Below, piece by piece: positions 55,101 to 64,000 of a stretch of DNA of 64,000 bases (position 1 is its first letter; each line of letters begins with the position of its first letter). The notes under the pieces are model-generated. The model had not been told where the DNA came from. It made no database searches and worked only from the letters and a program-made list of their open reading frames with translations. Both the position numbers and the translations under genes were made by a program. Origin of the DNA: Paramecium tetraurelia (lineage: Eukaryota); the NCBI GenBank assembly GCA_000165425.1, contig CT867992.1, positions 124,001 to 188,000 of the forward strand, written 5' to 3'.

Positions 55101-55437
55101 TTTGAATATAGGAAATGAGATGAAATCAACTCTTCCACCAAATGATCAAGATATCAAAGGGGTTGACAAATGCATGATAAATGACTTTAAGTCTTTGAAA
55201 TAGAAATTAGAGGATTCCTTTACCGATGGTGATGAGCCACCTTATGATCCTAAAGTGGAGCTACCTCACCTTTCTAGTCAGATAACAAATTTATTGGGTA
55301 ATACCTTAGGAGGCAAGAAACAAACACTTAGATCTCAAATGAAATAGATAAAAAAAGAAGAGTAGAAATTTTCTTTAATAAATTTTGTTTAATACTTTAA
55401 AAGCATATAACAATTAAACAAAGATTAAGATGATTGA
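52140..55437 (+). CDS. Large LRR-containing protein (ciliate family with CWICEGW motif)
   Basis: RNI-like LRRs (LQHLNLNNNQI, LELYLGYNNL, ILDLSHNNI) followed by DTCWICEGWQEIRFEW and a helical C-terminus. Confidence 0.85.
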
Positions 55438-55642
55438 TTTTTGTATTAATATATCATTAAACCTTGTTTTTATCATGATAATATATAATAGTATTTTATT
55501 CATAAGCATTTTTATAATTTTCAAATATAAAATTATAAATTCTTTAATCAAAATGATGACTTTTATATTATTATATAATTAATCGTTATAAAAAAGGGAA
55601 TATTTTTAATTTAGTGCAAAAACGAGAAAATTAATATATTCC

Positions 55643-57302
55643 TCATTATTTCTATTCAAATTTGGTAAAAGCATATTTGAATTTTATCTCTTTGGTTTTT
55701 ACTTTTGCTTCGTCATCTTCTGTTTTGTTTGTAGTATATAAATTCTCAAAAGGGAGAGGAATATATCCAGAAGTATTGTAAATCGATGATAATTCACTTA
55801 GAAAAATCTATCCCTTTTTAATTTTTTTTTAATAGACTATTGATTATTTTGATAATGTTACCTGAATTTTATATCTTGGTGGCTGATGGATAGTAAGATT
55901 ATAAAGCATAAACGTTTTTTGACATACTAGTTAGTGCATAATACTTATCAGTGACTGAGAGCTCTTTAAACTCATCGGTTGAGAAAATTTAATTGTTTGA
56001 CCATAAAGATAATACTTTGCTTTACCCTTCAATGTAATTTTACCATTCGTCTTAAAATTGAGACAAGTAATCCGGATCTAATTGTTCAATATATTTAATA
56101 AAATAATTTCTGCATTTTTCAGCATCAGAGTTCCTGAGTTTAAATTTCTTTAATCCGTTTAAAATTGAAGAATTAGATTGGATGATATTTCTCTCTTTCT
56201 GGGAGAGGTGTGTGCAGAAAATAAACCATGCTCTGGATAGAGTGTCTTCATCTGTCTTATATGATTGAGTGAGATATCTTAAAATAACAGACAATTTTCT
56301 AAGCAGTAAAAGATGTTTACTATGATTTTCTAGATAATTAGAGATTATAAAAAATGAATGATCCACGCAATTACAACCTGTCCATCTAACACGAAATGGG
56401 AACTTTTTAACTCCTATCCCAATGTCATCCCCAAAAGTCCAGGCTGGCTTAAGAGCTTTTCTTTTTTCTTTCTATTTATTTTGAGTTTCTTATTCTATCT
56501 CCGGCCTCATTTCTCCATGAAAACATTATTCCATGATCAGATTTATTTTTACTTACATCCGATATTTTTATACATCGTTCGATTACTTAGCCCCGAATCT
56601 CCTGTAAAGTTTTAAACCTTATTCATCAGCTGCTTCTGCAATTTATATGTAGTTTCTTTTAAAAATTTCAATCTCTTAGTTATAATATACTATTCTGATA
56701 TTAGCAATTTTGGTAAAGTCCAAGTTAAATTTTAGTAATGACATATTGTATTTGAAGACTGGGTTCTTCTCTTTTAAATTAGCTCCAAGTTGGTTGATTT
56801 TATCCTATAGAAATTTGAGTTATTCTAGGATCATAGGTATGCAAGCAGTAATATCGATAAGAACTTTAAAATAGTCATTTAAAACTTCCCCAAACCATTA
56901 CAATTTTAAATCTCCATTCAGACCTAAATTGTAACTGAGACTTTTCTCTAAATTAAATTTTTATAACAAATACCATCATCATCAAGTTTATAGTAAACTC
57001 CATTTTATTTTCCTTGACCTAAATTACAAATTGATACAAATCTTGTCCAAAATCCAAAAGCATCAAGTACTGTTTAATTTGTAGTCAGGGAAACCTATTG
57101 TAGAATAGCATTTAACCTTTGTAATACGAAAAAGAATGATCCTATTACTATTAATTTATTTGTATAATTAGCGAACTTCTTTGAGCAAATTGTTCACGAC
57201 AAATATCAATTAAGTGAGTTCGATGGATAAGGTTCCTGTTCTCAAAAATTAAAAATCATCAAATGCCAAAGTCTATTACTCATCTGAGGAAACGCATCCC
57301 AT
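55643..57302 (-). CDS. Hypothetical helical protein, MGC N-terminus, possible internal duplication
   Basis: MGCVSS start, 2 short introns, open to TGA at 55643. Confidence 0.75.
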
Positions 57303-58261
57303 ATTTTATTATTATTTATACTATAGCTCACATCAATAAATAAAATTTCCCTTTAGATTTATTTAATCAATCTTTTATGTTATTTTAAATCTTACAAAAA
57401 CGATATTTTATAATTACGAATAGACGAAGTGAAAAAATTTAGAGATTCTACACCTTGCTTTATTGAATAGTACTTGTTATCTGTCAACTCTGAATATACG
57501 ATTATTTATTTTTATATTAATACAAAAACAGCAGGCTTAATCAGTTAAGAAAAAAATAAAAATTAAATATTGAAACTGTTGACATATTCTGATGATAGGT
57601 TCAAAACAACTTAAAATGAAATTCAGAAATCCCACCTTAATATCCTGATCTAAAATTATTTGATAAATAATGTCAATCGACTTTTATTTTTCAAATGTAT
57701 CATTGTGACCATTAAACTTTGTAATCATTATAATAATGCCTAAATGGTTGCTGTTTTTTTATCTAATATTATCCTATAGTACAGCTTATTCGGTTATTCA
57801 AATAAAATCTATAATTGCTCAATATTATTTATTAAAAATAATAAGTATGCACATTATTATAATTTATAAATAGTGATCAGTTTTTGTGAGATTTTTAATA
57901 AAAAATCATACAATTCTTTAAAACTGGAATGTTAAACAATTCTAGATTTGAATAGAAGTATTGGAAGAACCTAGCAAATACAATAATGTGCATTTTTCTA
58001 ATTCTGATTTCTACACATCTTATATTCAAAATGGTAAATTTATAATATCAAAATAATGAATAATCATTGACATTATGTTGCAAAATATATATATTTTAAT
58101 TAATAATTACTTTATTTAAATCAGAAGATCCATTTCTTTTGCAAAAATTTATTATATAGCTATGAAATTTGGAAATAATAATATTAGTATTCTGAGATTA
58201 ATATTTATAATTATGATGTTTATTAATATATTTTGGAAAGTATAACATTAATTTATTAACG

Positions 58262-59867
58262 ATGAAACAAATAGTGATAAATTTCTCTGATCTTAATGAT
58301 GAAGCAAAGAAAAAGTATATTAGATATTTGACCCAAAATAACATAAGCATAGAGAATTAATCATTAAAGAAATCGCAATTGCCTTTTTAACATCGATCTA
58401 GATAATATAGTACTTTGAGTGACATTGCCAATAGCAAGGCTTTCACACCAGCCAGTAATAGATTTCATTTAAGTAGGAAGAATCGTAAAAGTAAGCTTCC
58501 TAACACTTTAAGACAGATCATTCTGTTGGAGCAAAATTTAGCGATTTAGAAGAGTCATATCCAAAAATAATGAGCAGAATTTAAAATAAAGATCTATTAT
58601 CAAGACCTTTGAAATTGAGTTTTAATGAGCTAAGTCTTCTAATAGAGGAAATATATTAAAAAAAGTTTGTAGAAGATTCTAATCAAATTGCTAGGAATTA
58701 GAAAGTGTCAGAAATTGCATTTGTTGACTATGTCTACGAATTTCTATAAAATAAATTTAAGCATTCAAAAAATCAAGTAAGATTTTACGTATATTAGTTA
58801 ATAATAAACTTTTTAGCATCTGTCGATTTACATGCATTGAAAAGGAAAGACGTAAATATTTTCTAGCAATTTTTGAAATTCAATAAACAAGAAGTGTTGA
58901 CATTCTACTTGTTCACTAGAGCAGTCATATAAAAGGAACTGAAATTGCCATTCTATCATCGTAAACTATATTTGTTATATAATTATTAAAGCACTTAGAA
59001 AGCAAGGGATAGATAGTAATCAATTGCAATTGAGTTAGAAGTAGGTTCAATAGATCTCCTTACTTTTATATGGATCACCAGAGAAATATCAAGAATTTAA
59101 GAAATTTTTTCCTGGAAACAGCATATCTGTAAGTGAATTTTCGTTTGCAGCCATCCTGATTTATGAAGCTCAACATTAAACCAACAAGCAAAAACCATTT
59201 TAACAATAACACAGATCGCTCTCCCCCCTTCAAAATACCAGTTATGACGACTCCTAGGATTTAAGATAACCTGACTCTCCTTTGTTTATGCAATCCGAAA
59301 TGTCTATGGAGAATAATAGATAATAAAATGAAAACTTCTTCTCCTCTGCTTTGTAAAGTGTCAGTAGTCAAAAGAAGCAACACTGGTAAGTGTAGATAAA
59401 GTTTCATCGAATACCATGTGCTGCTAACAATGTTTAAAAGTTGATTAACGAAAAATTGGAAACAAAATTATCTGATTTTATTGAAGAAATGCTTTCAGAA
59501 ATGGAAGATCTCACTGATGATTAGAAGCAATAGTGTGTAACTGGAATAGAAGCTAGGATTGTAGATACTATGGCCATTCTTTTGGATGCTATATATAAAT
59601 ACGATAAATTATTGTGGTATTATTAATTAAATTTATCAAGGTTTAAGAAACTGAACAAATAACCAGATGAATTTGGATTAGAGTATATAGAGAATTTGTA
59701 GAAGCTTTATCGCTCATTAGTTAAGGCAAAGCAACCTTTGGATGATCAATTAGATTAACTCTGTCAATAGATGATGCAAGTAATTACTTAATTAATATTT
59801 TAAGACTCCAGATTTAGCAAAGTAAATAGGAAATGAATTATTGCAATACTTCTATAATTGTAAATGA
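58262..59867 (+). CDS. Hypothetical protein with TSNAXIP1-like helical segment
   Basis: LIEEIYQKKF..FVDYVYEFLQNKF..FLASVD..DVNIFQQFL; several short introns. The family resemblance is from memory only. Confidence 0.65.
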
Positions 59868-60871
59868 TACTTGATAATTAAATATAAAATATAATTCATC
59901 AATTTAAATAAACCCTAATACTGGATCTATCTATCAGATTCATTCTTCAATTTTATATATTTCATTGTAGGTTTGGTATTTGATACTTCAATTATAGAAG
60001 CATTATAGTTTTCAACAGTCAAAGGACTCCCAATGAGATCTTAGAATTTGATTTTTCTTATTGTAAATTTATATTTATTGTCATTATTTTTTAGGCAGGA
60101 ATATCAGAGCGATTATCAATTTGAATTTTGGTAATTTTATAACTATAAATGAAAGTATAACAAAGGGTATTACTGGTTTTTGATTTTGTATAGTTTATCC
60201 TTAGATTTTGAAATCATAAGTAGATAATTCTAGTAGTTTAAGTATTTGCAACTGCTTAAGAATAATTTGATGTTTGTTTCAGCAATCATCGAACGTACAG
60301 AAGCTTTCTTTAGAACCATATCTCTAAAAATTGTAATAACTAATATCATAGAAGTTGTATATTATTCTATATTTTTACTTTGAAAGTTTGAATTTTAATT
60401 AATTAATTAAGGAAAATATTAATATGAATAACTTAAATAATAATAACAATAATAATAACGATAAGATTTTTAATTACTATCAGGATACCTATTTCAATCA
60501 GACTATCAATATTATAAGAATGAATAGAAAAGTTGAAAAAAAAATTCTAATCTCTATATGTGGTACTCCTCTATTATATTGATTCGTGTTATTTAACATT
60601 TAAATGATGATTACAATTTTGATATCTTTATAGAATAATCTTTTTATTCTCAAATAATTAATTGTTGCCAATTGAACAAAGATTTTTTGAATAAATTAAT
60701 GAATATTTCATCATATATTCATGCTATACATGTCCTTTCTGATAATTGACTCTAATTTTCAGTTCTGAATTTATAACTAAAAGTTTTAAATCTCATTATC
60801 AAATTGATAACATTTGAGATAAAAGTTTTGTGTTGGGTTAGGATTAAAAAATTGTAGAAAACATTTGAAAT

Positions 60872-61021
60872 NNNNNNNNNNNNNNNNNNNNNNNNNNNNN
60901 NNNNNNNNNNNNNNNNNNNNNNNNNNNNNNNNNNNNNNNNNNNNNNNNNNNNNNNNNNNNNNNNNNNNNNNNNNNNNNNNNNNNNNNNNNNNNNNNNNNN
61001 NNNNNNNNNNNNNNNNNNNNN
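60872..61021. other. Assembly gap (150 N)
   Basis: Run of n; a 29-nt direct repeat at 60777-60805 and 61022-61050 flanks it. Confidence 1.
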
Positions 61022-62298
61022 CTAAAAGTTTTAAATCTCATTATCAAATTACTATCGATTTATGATTAATTTTAGATTTATAGATTGTAAAGAAATAATA
61101 TATTAAAGATATTTTATTATATTACATTATATCCATAATAAAAGTTTTGAAATGTACTAAATGAAAAATTGTACATATAAATTAAAAGTTATTAAAATTG
61201 AAAATTTTAAGAGATTTAGTTGTCTGTAGAAAACATTTGAAATAATAATTAATTTTTGTTGGGTTAGGATTAATCATTTAATCACAATAAATCGATTATT
61301 AATAATTCCCTTCCTGAACCTTGGAATTCAAATTTTGAATTATCTTAAGACCTATTGTTATTTTAATTTAAATTAATTATAGTATAATAATTTATCAGAG
61401 ATATTTTACATTTAAATATATAAATAATATTATTATATTTAGTTCATTATCAGAATTTGAATAAAATATATATTGATAAATGATTACTTTTGTTTTGGAC
61501 TCTTTGTCTGATATCATAGCTAATTTCTAAATCTTTGAAGATGAAAAAATAGTCATGCTTCTCTAACAGTGTATTGCAATATTAGTTAATTTTTCGATCT
61601 TTTTAATTATCTAAATTAACTTAACAAGATTTAAATATTTTTTGGAACTAATGATATCAATTCAAAAAGGATTGAGAATCTATTAAAACAGATATGAACC
61701 TATTGCTTTTACAATTCAACGAAAAAAAGAAATTTTGTATCATGAGGTATAAATACAAATTTTTATGATTTAAAATTTCTTTAAACAAAATAGTATGATA
61801 AAGTATTATGTTTTTAAATTCAAAAATATCATTTTGAGAGATTCCTAAAAATCATTTCAAAGATGGTTTTATTGGATAATATCCTATAAATATTGGTTCT
61901 TTGTATTATAGTCTTCTTTTCATAAATTAAATTTGTTTCCATTTTCTTCAGCCATTTTGGAATAATTAGTTTAGATAATGTTGTAAAACAAAAGATTAAA
62001 TAAATGTAGTAGTGTATATAATAATAAATTTTGTTTTTTCAAACAATAGTCCACACCTATATGGAACAAATGAAAGAATTATACAAGAATAATAATAACT
62101 AGTATGTATTATATAAATTTAAAATGTAAATTTTCTTATAATTTCTGTGGAATACATGTTAAGTATTAATAATCAATCGGTTTGTGATTCAGATTTGATC
62201 ATATTAATTATAATTGTATAGTATATTTTTATGGGATTTAAAGTTGAGTGAGTGTAATGAATTCTGATTTAATAAAAATATTAAATAAATCATCAAAC

Positions 62299-62970
<672 letters not shown>

Positions 62971-62992
62971 AATTAAGATAAATTATTAAATA

Positions 62993-64000
62993 ATGGGATT
63001 TAAGGAAGCTTTCACGAGACAAGGCGATGGAGAGAATCTGCTCTTCGATGATGATGCATTCATCTATTTCGCTATTTCCATTCTTACTTTGGTTATTCTT
63101 CCTCTGGTCTACTCAGTTATCAAGCCACTGTTCACAACATACGTGTTGGGTGAAAATAAAAGAAAATTAGCACGTGTTCCCAAAAGCGGCAATGATCAAC
63201 TCAATCTACAATTGGCTAAATAGGAATTGAAATTGAAATGGCTTACAACAGGTTATGTGTTTAAGGTAAAAAGCTGATTCTTATCTTAGATCATAATACT
63301 TGTGGCTCTATTGCTAATGCTCAATGCATCCATTTAATCTTTGCCAAATGCAGAAAAAATCAAAGGGTTTGATCCTTATGAGATTTTAGAAATCGATCCA
63401 ACTGCTACAGAATAGGAAATTCGTAAAGCATATAGAAAAATTTCATTAAAATTGCATCCAGATAAAAATCCTGATGATCCTTAAGCAAATCAAAAATTTA
63501 TCCTTCTCACCAAAGCATATGAATGTTTAACAGATGAAGACAAAAAATCCTTATGCATGAAATATGGAAATCCAGATGGACAATAAAGTTTATCTGTTGG
63601 TATAGCAATGCCATCATTTCTATTAAAAAAAGAAAATAGGGCTGCCTTTTTAGCTGTAATTTTCCTTTTGCTTTTGGTTGTTGTACCAATAATTGTTTTG
63701 TACGAGTTGAGATCAATAGGAAAATATGATTAAAATGGAGTCATGCTTAGTAATCAGGAGAAATTTGAACGAGGGTTGGAAGAGAACTTATTAATCAAGA
63801 AAGGAGTAGAATTATCTAGTTGCAGTGATGAATTATGTAGATTAAGATTGAAATCCGAATAATAAGCTATTGACTTAGAGAAATTAGTTAATGAATTGAA
63901 AGAAGAAGCTGAATTGAGAAAAATCTAAAAATTTGAAATAACCGAAGCACTTGAATAGTCGAAAAAATAAAAGAATAAAAAAAGAAGAGTGACCATCTCT
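62993..64000 (+). CDS. SEC63: Sec63 translocon J-domain protein (3' truncated by window edge)
   Basis: N-terminal TMs, FDPYEILEI..IRKAYRKISLKLHPDKNP..KYGNPDGQQSLSVGIAMPSFL. Confidence 0.95.

Noticed and set aside
60831..61273. TTGGGTTAGG as telomeric repeat or chromosome breakage site
   Set aside because: Single copies only, not tandem TT(T/G)GGG arrays.

Overview
AT-rich, extremely gene-dense ciliate macronuclear DNA, almost certainly Paramecium (aurelia-like). Genes only read through with the ciliate code (TAA/TAG=Gln, TGA=stop), have 20-34 nt GT..AG introns, and include a trichocyst matrix protein. The supplied standard-code ORF track therefore fragments every gene. About 35 protein-coding genes were rebuilt by hand, so intron boundaries are manual calls. 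They include a PX sorting nexin, hybrid histidine kinase, ankyrin-DHHC, two PTP-family phosphatases, a cyclin, three kinase-fold genes, TMP T4, MORN/IQ, ELP1, RING-Bbox-LRR, divergent actin, a USP, AlkD-like, START, a ZnT/CDF transporter, NUDIX, MDH, TRM7, Rab1 and SEC63. Main oddities: (1) a 95-nt hairpin-containing, possibly IES-derived intron in TRM7; (2) nine +1 insertions at 10.1-18.7 kb that mostly read as two synonymous codon variants written in tandem, most likely an assembly artefact; (3) a tandem gene pair with a repeated RRxSCxCxxCGxxSx[FY]Q motif; (4) a 4-EF-hand pseudokinase; (5) a small myristoylated permuted NlpC/P60-like protein; (6) a shuffled sequence mosaic beside the N gap. 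No rRNA, tRNA, CRISPR or transposase was recognised.
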